DNA of 63,844 nucleotides, the filler included, from Octopus bimaculoides (Eukaryota): the NCBI RefSeq assembly GCF_001194135.2. It is 6 parts of 6 records of this genome, joined end to end, with 100 filler letters (N's around TTAATTAATTAA, not from the genome) between each part and the next. Parts side by side here need not be neighbours in the genome. Positions count along the whole stretch, not along the records: positions 21,611 to 51,782 come from NC_068986.1; positions 51,883 to 55,772 come from NC_068985.1; positions 55,873 to 61,543 come from NC_068983.1; positions 61,644 to 63,844 come from NW_026405325.1; 2 more parts are not named here. The stretch is one strand, 5' to 3'. Below, piece after piece: positions 50,060-62,429 of the stretch. Below the pieces are notes generated by a model, which was not told the origin of the DNA, made no database searches, and worked only from the letters and a program-made list of their open reading frames with translations. Every line of letters begins with the position of its first letter. Position 1 is the stretch's first letter. The position numbers and the translations under genes were made by a program.

Positions 50060-51530
50060 ATTTAGCTTAGAGGACACTTAATAGAACATATCCGGGGCTT
50101 CTTTCATAGCTGATTCTTCCTATGATTGAAGCGCAGCTACTGTCACAGTTCTTGCATACCAAGAGGATGGCTCGGCGCTCTGTTAGCTTTCTATTGTGCT
50201 TTATGAAGATCTTGCGCTTTTTCTCGAGTAATAGGCATTAGTATTGATGCATTGGCTTCGATCCAGTCCTCCTTGGAAAGTCGATCTGTTCCAAAGGCCC
50301 TCGACGCAGCATCATATATTACTGATTTCATGTTGTTCCACATGTCGTCAGGGGATGAGCTAAGTTTTGGAGCTGTTCTTCAACATATTCTTGACATCTG
50401 GTTCTCATCGCTGGATCTTGGGTGCTTTTTGTGTTGATCTTAGGTTTCTTTGGCTTTTTGGCTCTTGGTGTTTTCTTTGTGACCATCTTTACTTTGGCTA
50501 TAACCAACAGATGATCTGCACTGTGGAAGGATCTTGTTTGCTTCATAGTGTTGACATCATTCTTTCTGACGATGACGAAGTCAATCTGGTGCCAATGACC
50601 TGATCTTGGATGGCACCAAGAAACTTTATGCCGGTCTTTGCCATTGTAGGTGTTTACAATACACAGGTTGTTATTAGTGCAGAATTCTAAGAGTCTCTGG
50701 TCATTCTCATTGATTTTTCCCCAGTCCAAACTGTCCAAGACAGTTGGGCCATGCTTAGTGATCAGCGCCTACTCTTGCATTGAAATCGCCCATAAGAAAG
50801 AGTTGGTCTGCCCTTGGGACACTGCTGATCACATCCTGAAGTTCCTCGTAGAACTGATCTTTCATTTTCTGCTGTTAGAATCGGGGCATAGGCACTAATG
50901 CGATGGGCCCTTCCAGTTTTAGTCCCCACTTCCATGATAAGGATGTGCTCAGATATGTCTCAAGGAGTACTGATCTTGTTCAGCAATTTGTTGTGTACTG
51001 CGAACCCCACACCATGGATTCTCCTCTCATCTTCCCCAAGACCCTTTCAGAAGAATGTGTGATTTCTTTCCCTAATGGAACCAGAGTTAGCAAGTCTTGT
51101 CTCCTGCAGGGCAATGATGTTTACATTCAGTAGTGTGAGCTCCTCGTCAATGATTGCCGTTTTTCTGATGTCCAGCTCAGTAATGTCCATTCCGGTTGTC
51201 ATTGTTCTGACATTCCAGGTCCCCAGTTTCAATGGGGTCAATTTCAATTTTCTTCCTCTTTTGCCAGGTGCTGGGCTTTACGTCTGCTTTTCGGTTTTTG
51301 CTCTAGCTCCATACACCCTTAGCAACGGACAGACGTGGTGGATCAGCACCTTACTGACCGGGGACTGCCCAGTTTAAGACGGGCGGTAGCTGATCAGTGC
51401 GATTGAATAATCACTCCCATCGTCGAAGATGACCTGTGGCGACATCCCGCTTCACCAAATAAGGATGCCTTATAACCCGTAATCTACCACTCCCGTGTTG
51501 TTTCCCTTGCCTGTTACAGTAAGGATGAAG
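50060..51530 (-). mobile_element. RTE (BovB-like) LINE: 5' UTR plus APE endonuclease region, pseudogenised
   Basis: LKLGTWNVRTM, IIALQETRL, HGVGFAV, LMGDFNARVG, NENDQRLLEFC, SWCHPRSGHWHQIDFVI motifs; RTE-type 5' UTR (CTACCGCCCGTCTTAAACTGGGCAG); stops and frameshifts; no RT domain follows. Confidence 0.9.
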
Positions 51531-51896
51531 TGTCTTCTCCATATGCTCTCTTCTTTTTTTTTTTTTTTATTTTGCAGCGTCCTCCTAGAAATTCTATGTC
51601 CTTGGCTAAGCTAAATGCCTGGGCTCTGAATGTATGGAGAACGTGCCTTACTCAATTTGCATGATCCCCCCTCTCGACTTCACTGATTTAGTCCAATGGA
51701 GAGACAAGGTCAATACATTTGGAACCGTAACATTAGCTGTTCGGCAAAGAGTATCGATAGAATGAATACCAGATTTTTTTTANNNNNNNNNNNNNNNNNN
51801 NNNNNNNNNNNNNNNNNNNNNNNNNNTTAATTAATTAANNNNNNNNNNNNNNNNNNNNNNNNNNNNNNNNNNNNNNNNNNNNTATATATATATATA

Positions 51897-52634
51897 TATG
51901 AAATAAAAGCAGCTCTAGTGTAGTTAATATTACTAACAACATACACTTAATGTATATGCTTCGTGTATTTTCCAGTGGCTGCAATAGCATGGTGGGGTAT
52001 ATACACTCTCAAAGTATATACACTCTCAAAACACCTCAGAGTCATGGACAGGCGAGGTAACACACCCTCAATTCTATTTAGGAGTGGTCGACACCGATGT
52101 TTCGCCATTATTGTGGCCTTTCACTATCATGCACCCGCCAAGTTTGAAGGCTGGTCACCTAGCCAGTCCACGACTTACATGCTCATGGCTTGTAATATCA
52201 TATGTTGGTATGCCTAGAAACTGCGTGCCTAAGAGAAAATTTACATACGAAATAAAAGCAGCTCTAAAGCGTATATATCGAGTATATGTAGTTAATAATC
52301 TTTATTATACTAGAGCTGCTTTTATTTCATATATTAATTTTTCCTAGATATGCAATTTCCGGGCATGCCAGCACATGATATTACAAGCCATGAGCATCTA
52401 AGTCGTGGACTGGCGAGGTGACTTACATTCAATCCTAGCGGGTACGTGATATTGCAAAGCCACATTAATGGGAGACAGCGGTGTTGATCACTCGCGAATG
52501 GGATTGGGCATGTGTTACTTCGCCTGTCCATGACTCTAAGGTGTTTTAACACCCGGCGCTTCGAGACAGTATATACTCCACCATGCTCTTGCAGCTACCA
52601 GAAAATACACTAAGTACACACATTAAGTATACAT

Positions 52635-52640
<6 letters not shown>
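51897..52640. repeat. ~740-bp foldback of a ~349-bp unit
   Basis: GAAATAAAAGCAGCTCTA at 51900 and 52249, reverse complement at 52311-52328. The arms align along their length (e.g. AGAGTCATGGACAGGCGA, GCCAGTCCACGACTTA.ATGCTCATGGCTTGTAATATCAT). Confidence 0.9.
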
Positions 52641-52706
<66 letters not shown>

Positions 52707-52712
52707 TAATAA

Positions 52713-52744
<32 letters not shown>

Positions 52745-53703
52745 NNNNNNNNNNNNNNNNNNNNNNNNNNNNNNNNNNNNNNNNNNNNNNNNNNNNNNNN
52801 NNNNNNNNNNNNNNNNNNNNNNNNNNNNNNNNNNNNNNNNNNNNNNNNNNNNNNNNNNNNNNNNNNNNNNNNNNNNNNNNNNNNNNNNNNNNNNNNNNNN
52901 NNNNNNNNNNNNNNNNNNNNNNNNNNNNNNNNNNNNNNNNNNNNNNNNNNNNNNNNNNNNNNNNNNNNNNNNNNNNNNNNNNNNNNNNNNNNNNNNNNNN
53001 NNNNNNNNNNNNNNNNNNNNNNNNNNNNNNNNNNNNNNNNNNNNNNNNNNNNNNNNNNNNNNNNNNNNNNNNNNNNNNNNNNNNNNNNNNNNNNNNNNNN
53101 NNNNNNNNNNNNNNNNNNNNNNNNNNNNNNNNNNNNNNNNNNNNNNNNNNNNNNNNNNNNNNNNNNNNNNNNNNNNNNNNNNNNNNNNNNNNNNNNNNNN
53201 NNNNNNNNNNNNNNNNNNNNNNNNNNNNNNNNNNNNNNNNNNNNNNNNNNNNNNNNNNNNNNNNNNNNNNNNNNNNNNNNNNNNNNNNNNNNNNNNNNNN
53301 NNNNNNNNNNNNNNNNNNNNNNNNNNNNNNNNNNNNNNNNNNNNNNNNNNNNNNNNNNNNNNNNNNNNNNNNNNNNNNNNNNNNNNNNNNNNNNNNNNNN
53401 NNNNNNNNNNNNNNNNNNNNNNNNNNNNNNNNNNNNNNNNNNNNNNNNNNNNNNNNNNNNNNNNNNNNNNNNNNNNNNNNNNNNNNNNNNNNNNNNNNNN
53501 NNNNNNNNNNNNNNNNNNNNNNNNNNNNNNNNNNNNNNNNNNNNNNNNNNNNNNNNNNNNNNNNNNNNNNNNNNNNNNNNNNNNNNNNNNNNNNNNNNNN
53601 NNNNNNNNNNNNNNNNNNNNNNNNNNNNNNNNNNNNNNNNNNNNNNNNNNNNNNNNNNNNNNNNNNNNNNNNNNNNNNNNNNNNNNNNNNNNNNNNNGAG
53701 AGC

Positions 53704-53915
53704 AGAGAGGATGGTGGAGGGAGGAAGTGGAACAAGGAGGAAGGGACAGAAGCAGTGAAGTAGAGGCCAGGACAGAGGGGTAGATAGGAAGATAGAGGAA
53801 GACAGATAGATAAATAGATAGAGAGGATGGTGGAGGGAGGAAGTGGAACAAGGAGGAAGGGACAGAAGGGTATAGCAGTGAAGTAGAGGCCAGGACAGAG
53901 GTATAGATAGAAAGA
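53704..53915 (+). repeat. Purine-rich ~116-bp tandem duplication next to a gap
   Basis: AGAGAGGATGGTGGAGGGAGGAAGTGGAACAAGGAGGAAGGGACAGAAG at 53704 and 53820. Confidence 0.9.
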
Positions 53916-54215
53916 TGGAGGAATATATACATATGTGTTGAGGATTTAAAATCTCTCTCATGAATTATATATTTATGGTACTTTTATAAGTACAGAAGTG
54001 TGTGGGAATATTTCAATAAGTCTAGAACGAGTCTATACAAATCTGTGTGAATGTGGGAGTGTTTATGTGTGTGTGAGAGAGATAGAGAGTGAGAAAGTAT
54101 GTGCATGCGTGTGCAAGTGTATGTGCGTGCTTGTATGCGTGCGAGTGTATGTGTCTCTGCGTGTGTATGTGTGCGTGCGTGCGTGTGCGCATGTCGGCAT
54201 GTGTGCGTGTGTGTA

Positions 54216-54250
<35 letters not shown>

Positions 54251-54566
54251 GTGTAATTTAGCTTCTTGTTATTCCGATTCAATAACGGGAGTTCGAATTG
54301 ATAACGTTATAGTTTAGTGTATTTCATTGTAGTTACGTATTCAGTGATTTGGGCATTCAGTGGCTTCGTCATACGGAGACGAAGAAAGGAAGGGAGATAT
54401 ATATANNNNNNNNNNNNNNNNNNNNNNNNNNNNNNNNNNNNNNNNNNNNNNNNNNNNNNNNNNNNNNNNNNNNNNNNNNNNNNNNNNNNNNNNNNNNNNN
54501 NNNNNNNNNNNNNNNNNNNNNNNNNNNNNNNNNNNNNNNNNNNNNNNNNNNNNNNNNNNNNNNNNN

Positions 54567-54651
<85 letters not shown>

Positions 54652-54808
54652 AGAAGAGAATGTGGAGAAGAAAAAAAAGACAGAAGGGGCGGGTGGAAAA
54701 GAGAAAATTGGGTTTGACATAGAGCGATGAGGATTAATAATAAGGTTGGTGGTACAAGATTGAGAAAAGGAGCCGCTGCAGTAGGATAAAGAGAGGATGG
54801 AGGGTGTA

Positions 54809-54841
<33 letters not shown>

Positions 54842-55722
54842 TAGAGAGGGAGAGAGAGAGATAGATAAAGGGAGAGAGAGAGAGAGAGGAGGTGAAAGTG
54901 AACGGTGTCTGTTTATCCCTTCATTGAACAGTCGTGATCATTTTTGGCTAGACATGGTCCATCTCGCAATAACGTAATCCTAAGACCAGGATGAGAACGA
55001 TTAAAAGTAGATAAAAATTAAATTGATAAATGACATTTTAGTGAGCAAGGGAAATGATTTGCGGAAACACGCCAAGAGAGGAAAGACCAGCTCAGATTCG
55101 CCTGGAACAGATTCAAGACGCTGAAGTCATAGGTCAGTTATTGTAATCACATCCGGAGTGAAGGTGGAATCCGTTGACCAGCAGGGAAAGAAGAATTGAT
55201 GCGTTTATTGGATGAAGTTAGTTACGCGATTTTAGTAAAAGGGAATGTTTGAATGTATGACTGGGGTAATACATCAATACATATAAGTGTGTGCTGTACG
55301 AGTATATGTATATAAGTGCATTAGATTATGTAGGTTTATTTATATGTGTGTGTGAGTGTGTACGTGCGCGCGTATTAGGATGTTCACGTATATGGAGATG
55401 TATATAAACCTATGTAAAAGTGAGTACAAAACCAAATTGATACAAATGCATAAGTGTTCGTAGTCTATGTATGTGTGTGCGCGTGCCTTTGTATCAGTGT
55501 TCTTGTCAGTAGGTATATATGTATTTACGCATGAAAGCGAAATATTTTATTGCAGAGGGTCTATGCGTGTGTATGTGTTGATGCGAATTTGTCCGCATAT
55601 ACGAAGGTATGTATAGATTATGTGGAAACGGAGCACGTTGTAACAATATACATACATGCACGCACACACACTCACACATACACATACATATACCTGTGTG
55701 TGCGTGCGTATATATATATATG

Positions 55723-55772
<50 letters not shown>

Positions 55773-55872
55773 NNNNNNNNNNNNNNNNNNNNNNNNNNNN
55801 NNNNNNNNNNNNNNNNTTAATTAATTAANNNNNNNNNNNNNNNNNNNNNNNNNNNNNNNNNNNNNNNNNNNN

Positions 55873-55907
<35 letters not shown>

Positions 55908-56189
55908 TCTTTAGCTGTTTCAGCTGTGGCCCTGTTGGGTACAGTCATTATTATATCTATCATATTTATATAAATATATACATGTGTGTGTGTGTGTGTG
56001 CACGTGTGTTTGAGTGAGTGTGCATGTGAGTGTGCGTGTGTGTTTGTGAATATTTATATGTGTTCGTATCTTTGTGTATGCCTATGTATCTACGCAGCAA
56101 TCATAGTAAAACCATGCTTCCTTCAAACACACAGGTGATAGCAAGTAAAGATAACTTAGTAGATTCAAGTATGAATATGTACTTACAAA

Positions 56190-56227
<38 letters not shown>

Positions 56228-56319
56228 ACGTGCACACACACACATACACACACACATAGGTATAGGTATAGTAATGTATACTCTTGTGCGTGCGTGTGAA
56301 CGTGAGGGTGTATATGTGT

Positions 56320-56355
<36 letters not shown>

Positions 56356-56589
56356 TTGTATATGCGTATATAAGCATTTGATTGTATGTGTGTGCGTTTA
56401 TGCGACTGGTGTTACACAATAAGTTTGCATACGACAAATCATTAAGTATCGGTATAGCTAGCATTAACCTATTGCTTTAACAACTATAAACCATTCATCA
56501 GGTGATAAAAATCACGTGAGCTGACCGAAGATCGAAACCCGCTGAAGCAGCCCAACTCATTAAACTTTACTCTAACCTCTGGATTTTAA

Positions 56590-56660
<71 letters not shown>

Positions 56661-57462
56661 GATATATGTATGTGTGTATATATATATATATGTATATATA
56701 TATGTATACGTATGTATGTATATATATACATACATACATATGTATATATGTATATATACATGTATANNNNNNNNNNNNNNNNNNNNNNNNNNNNNNNNNN
56801 NNNNNNNNNNNNNNNNNNNNNNNNNNNNNNNNNNNNNNNNNNNNNNNNNNNNNNNNNNNNNNNNNNNNNNNNNNNNNNNNNNNNNNNNNNNNNNNNNNNN
56901 NNNNNNNNNNNNNNNNNNNNNNNNNNNNNNNNNNNNNNNNNNNNNNNNNNNNNNNNNNNNNNNNNNNNNNNNNNNNNNNNNNNNNNNNNNNNNNNNNNNN
57001 NNNNNNNNNNNNNNNNNNNNNNNNNNNNNNNNNNNNNNNNNNNNNNNNNNNNNNNNNNNNNNNNNNNNNNNNNNNNNNNNNNNNNNNNNNNNNNNNNNNN
57101 NNNNNNNNNNNNNNNNNNNNNNNNNNNNNNNNNNNNNNNNNNNNNNNNNNNNNNNNNNNNNNNNNNNNNNNNNNNNNNNNNNNNNNNNNNNNNNNNNNNN
57201 NNNNNNNNNNNNNNNNNNNNNNNNNNNNNNNNNNNNNNNNNNNNNNNNNNNNNNNNNNNNNNNNNNNNNNNNNNNNNNNNNNNNNNNNNNNNNNNNNNNN
57301 NNNNNNNNNNNNNNNNNNNNNNNNNNNNNNNNNNNNNNNNNNNNNNNNNNNNNNNNNNNNNNNNNNNNNNNNNNNNNNNNNNNNNNNNNNNNNNNNNNNN
57401 NNNNNNNNNNNNNNNNNNNNNNNNNNNNNNNNNNNNNNNNNNNNNNNNNNNNNNNNNNNNNN

Positions 57463-57529
<67 letters not shown>

Positions 57530-59215
57530 GTATGTATACATACGTGTTATTTATTTGTTGCAGGCAATGGTCGGCGGCCATGCTTTAGCACTGCCTTAAC
57601 GTACATTTGTCGATCAAAATCGAGACCGGTACTTTTCATTTTATATTCCTGGCATTATTTTCATCAGTTTCTTCTACAAATCTCTAAGTTACACACAATT
57701 ATTTCATTAAATTTCGTTATTCATTGAAGCAGTCACTTTGCTAAACGGCTAGCGTACTCTGTTAACATATTGATAAAAAAAACATGTAAACGAATAACTA
57801 GATAAACTTCTAAATAATAAAGAATCATACAAATACATATTAGCTTACATATAAATCTAATAAGAAAGTTTTCTAGCGTAGGAAGATGTGTCGGTTTTTA
57901 ACCACATGGCCCAACCCAATAACTTGAGGGAGCGCGTGGGGCTATTGATTAAATCGATTGACCCCCAGTATTTGATGTGAACTCAAGTATTATGGACCTC
58001 GATAGGAGTATAAACCTTATGAGGTTTTCTAATAAAGGATTAAACCCCTATAAGTTGGAGGATGCAAAATCAGAGTCGATAACGATACCATCGACATTAG
58101 GACCTGGAATTGGTAATTTTATCGACCCCATAAAGATGAAATACAAATTTAACTACTGCAGATTTCGAACTCAGAATGTAGGGAACGGGACATAAATTCA
58201 TACAAGTAAAGTATCCGTGACTCTACCGCTTCTGGTGCCATTATTCCCTATACTAACAGATAAATGATTATCATAAGAAAACAACTACTGTTTGTATTAT
58301 TAACTTGTTTCATGCTACTGATCACCTAACATGCACGTTAAAATTTAGGGTTCTCGTTGTAACCGAGATACAAATTCACAAGCGCACACACACACACACA
58401 CTAACACACACAAACAAACACACATACTGGGTCGTCTACTAAATAACAAAAATTATCAAATTTGTTGCGCCACATCTTGATTCCCACCTAAACGTTTCTT
58501 GCTTCCCTGTACTTCCGTAGAGACAGTTTCACTGATCTACCAGACATTTAAAATGTGTGAACTTGTGCAAAGTTGTGATGTTCACAAACAGACAGGAAGG
58601 AGACATACAAACACGGAGCCACAGACACAGGAATGTATTAGTGTGTATGTACACATACATGCATATATATATATANNNNNNNNNNNNNNNNNNNNNNNNN
58701 NNNNNNNNNNNNNNNNNNNNNNNNNNNNNNNNNNNNNNNNNNNNNNNNNNNNNNNNNNNNNNNNNNNNNNNNNNNNNNNNNNNNNNNNNNNNNNNNNNNN
58801 NNNNNNNNNNNNNNNNNNNNNNNNNNNNNNNNNNNNNNNNNNNNNNNNNNNNNNNNNNNNNNNNNNNNNNNNNNNNNNNNNNNNNNNNNNNNNNNNNNNN
58901 NNNNNNNNNNNNNNNNNNNNNNNNNNNNNNNNNNNNNNNNNNNNNNNNNNNNNNNNNNNNNNNNNNNNNNNNNNNNNNNNNNNNNNNNNNNNNNNNNNNN
59001 NNNNNNNNNNNNNNNNNNNNNNNNNNNNNNNNNNNNNNNNNNNNNNNNNNNNNNNNNNNNNNNNNNNNNNNNNNNNNNNNNNNNNNNNNNNNNNNNNNNN
59101 NNNNNNNNNNNNNNNNNNNNNNNNNNNNNNNNNNNNNNNNNNNNNNNNNNNNNNNNNNNNNNNNNNNNNNNNNNNNNNNNNNNNNNNNNNNNNNNNNNNN
59201 NNNNNNNNNNNNNNN

Positions 59216-59281
<66 letters not shown>

Positions 59282-60009
59282 GAATAAATATTATCTGTCT
59301 ATGTTTGTATTTGCGTGTGTGCATGCCTGATCGCGTGCGTTTGAATATGTGTGTGTGTATTGCATTCATACATACCTGATTTTCAAATATACGTATATCT
59401 CCAACTAGTTGTTACAGTTAATCAAATACTTCGGCGGCCAGCTGGTGCATACATATCTACTGGTGACAAGCTTGTACTAACTTCGAGACAAACACCAGTT
59501 GGTGTTGAGATGTTCATGCATATCCCATGCCCAACTGTACGGTGAGACAGCGAACAGCTGCCGTGCACTGAACCTCCATGGCAGCCATGGTTCACTCGAG
59601 AACTTAACACACGCGCACACACATACACAGACTTCCGCACGGAGAAGTTCGCAATGTGTATACCGATGTGATCGTTGTGGATTTGTATAGGGTCAGGGAA
59701 GGATAGCATAAACAGTCGATTAAAAGGCGCTCCAGCCGCGGCTACCACGCAACGTTTTATTACTTTCAGTTTAAATATTTATGATTTTTTTTTTTCAGGC
59801 ATATATTATCTATTATTCAATGCTTGTTAAGAGGGCAGGATGTGTTATGAGGGAGGTTTGCCACTTCTGACAAACTGATATCTTCAGAAGAATCTTCCTC
59901 ATTCGCTTGTTTATGTTTGTTGTTTGAGCAAACGGCTACGTGTTAGCTATGCTCTGTGTATGTGTGTGTGTGTGTGTTTGTGTTTGTGTGTGTTTGTGTG
60001 TGCATACAA

Positions 60010-60098
<89 letters not shown>

Positions 60099-60112
60099 AT
60101 GTATGTATGTTT

Positions 60113-60654
60113 TTTTATTCTTTTACTTGTTTCAGTTATTTGACTGCGGCCATGCAGGAGCATCACCTTTAGTCGGGCAAATCAACTCCAGGACTTACTC
60201 TTTGTGAGGCTAGTATTTATTCTATCAGTCTCGTTTNNNNNNNNNNNNNNNNNNNNNNNNNNNNNNNNNNNNNNNNNNNNNNNNNNNNNNNNNNNNNNNN
60301 NNNNNNNNNNNNNNNNNNNNNNNNNNNNNNNNNNNNNNNNNNNNNNNNNNNNNNNNNNNNNNNNNNNNNNNNNNNNNNNNNNNNNNNNNNNNNNNNNNNN
60401 NNNNNNNNNNNNNNNNNNNNNNNNNNNNNNNNNNNNNNNNNNNNNNNNNNNNNNNNNNNNNNNNNNNNNNNNNNNNNNNNNNNNNNNNNNNNNNNNNNNN
60501 NNNNNNNNNNNNNNNNNNNNNNNNNNNNNNNNNNNNNNNNNNNNNNNNNNNNNNNNNNNNNNNNNNNNNNNNNNNNNNNNNNNNNNNNNNNNNNNNNNNN
60601 NNNNNNNNNNNNNNNNNNNNNNNNNNNNATATATATATATATATATATATATGC

Positions 60655-60697
<43 letters not shown>

Positions 60698-60864
60698 TAC
60701 GACGGGCTTCTTTTAGTTTCCGTCTACCAAATCCACTCACAAGGCTTTGGTCGACCCGAGGTTATAGTAGAAGACATTTGCTCATGGTACCACGCAGTGG
60801 GACTGAACCCAGTACCATGTGGCTGTTAAGCAAACCATTTACCACACAGCCACACCTGCCGCCT
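60113..60864 (-). mobile_element. SINE family A, full-length, gap inside the central block
   Basis: 3' tail TTTTATTCTTTTACTTGTTTCAG at left, head CTTACCACACAGCCACACCTGC-like at right. Confidence 0.85.
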
Positions 60865-61509
60865 ATATGTATATGTTTATGTGTACGTATGTATATGTAT
60901 ATATCATACTATAAATATTTGTGTGTGTGTATGTATGTGTGTATGTGTGTATGTGTGTGTGTGTTTGGATGCTGACAAAATATTTAGAAAGCTGCCTCGC
61001 GGTGTTCATTCCGACTTACTGCATTCTGAGTTCAAGTGCGTGTCTCGCCGAATTCGAGATTGCATTTGATTGCATACGAGTTCAATACAAATTGAATGTT
61101 ATAATCAAAGGCGTTGAAATGGTGTAATAGTCTAAGTGCCGGTCGGTGTGACATGCAGGTATCTGTTACTTGTCATTGAATTCTGACGGCAGAACCTCGG
61201 CCCTCCACACAGGCATAAACTTTTACTAACTGTGCCTTTCCCATTGGGAATGCATTGTTGACATATTGAGGAAGATCTAAACACCCAGGGGCAAAAGCTA
61301 ATTGCTAATCATAGAAAAGAGGGACCTTACCCAGGCGACAATTTCAGGGATGTGTGTGTGTGTGTGTGTATGAGCATAACTATCTATCTGTCTGTCAGTC
61401 TGTCTGTTTAGCTAGCTAGCTAGCTAGCTATTTAGCTATCTGTCTTTTTGCTTGTCTGACGTTCTGCCTGCCTATCTGCTTGTGTACCTATCTCTCTATC
61501 TATTTTTAT

Positions 61510-61543
<34 letters not shown>

Positions 61544-62380
61544 NNNNNNNNNNNNNNNNNNNNNNNNNNNNNNNNNNNNNNNNNNNNTTAATTAATTAAN
61601 NNNNNNNNNNNNNNNNNNNNNNNNNNNNNNNNNNNNNNNNNNNGGATGCTAAATTCCTTTGTTCGGGAATATAAGGACACAAATAGTGTGTCGTATAACC
61701 AGCTGGTCATGATGCCCTCTGGGTCTAAATAACAGTAACAGTGGTCCTAAACCTGGAGTGCTATGTTAAGTTGGCAAATAGTTTTTACTCTAACGTACTA
61801 TCACTCAATGTCTCTCGTTGAGAGATTTAGAATTGGAAATGTTCTATTATATATATAGATACATACATATGAGTATTTATGATACTTATATTAATAACTT
61901 TGTGAGTGACGAGTGACACATACTTTCATATAAATAACTGGTCTTAACGTATTGCACTTGATATGATTAATGTATTCATTAATTATTATGTCACAAGTTC
62001 CAAAAAGATGTTTCCTCAATTTTTCAATTTTGTTTCATATTTGGTTCAAGAAATATCGGGATTTAGTCTTCTTCCCCCCTTCCTTCTTGTCTTTAGGCTT
62101 GACCTCTTAATCCATACACAAATCTCTCACTCGATTCGGACTATCCTTTGAGTAAACAACGCACAGAGTAGACTGGATACGATATTATATATATCCACCT
62201 TTGCAACTACAATTATCTCCGGAAAATACCTACAAGGATTCTTTACATGGATGTTCACTGTTGGAATGGAACTATACTCCAAGTACTTCTACTTCTTTGT
62301 TCTTTCTTCTACGCATCACTCTCACCTCTTACTACAAATCTCCTCTTACAGATGTAATAATCCATTCTTCTACTATTACC

Positions 62381-62429
62381 GTCTCCGATGAAGGGATACA
62401 TTGGATTTTCCCTGAAACAGCTGTAAGAC
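62381..62429 (+). ncRNA. Minimal type I hammerhead ribozyme motif (U4C core variant)
   Basis: Stem I GTCT/AGAC; core CCGATGA; stem II AGGGA/TCCCT; GAAAC; palindromic stem III ACAGCTGT; cleavage triplet GTA at 62423-62425. Confidence 0.8.

Noticed and set aside
51340-51530. HDV-like ribozyme at the RTE 5' end
   Set aside because: Such ribozymes are known from some RTEs, and a CAGC(T)ACC/GGTGCTG helix is visible, but I could not build P1 or P1.1. A descriptor search would be needed.
55040-55140. Possible plus-strand exon ending ATAG|GTCAGT
   Set aside because: Acceptor and frame are inconsistent and no peptide is recognisable; could be UTR or noise.
17645-61643. Five identical islands N44-TTAATTAATTAA-N44 (17689, 21555, 51827, 55817, 61588)
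   Set aside because: Each is exactly 100 bp. TTAATTAATTAA gives stops in all six frames and is a scaffolding linker, so this is an assembly artefact.
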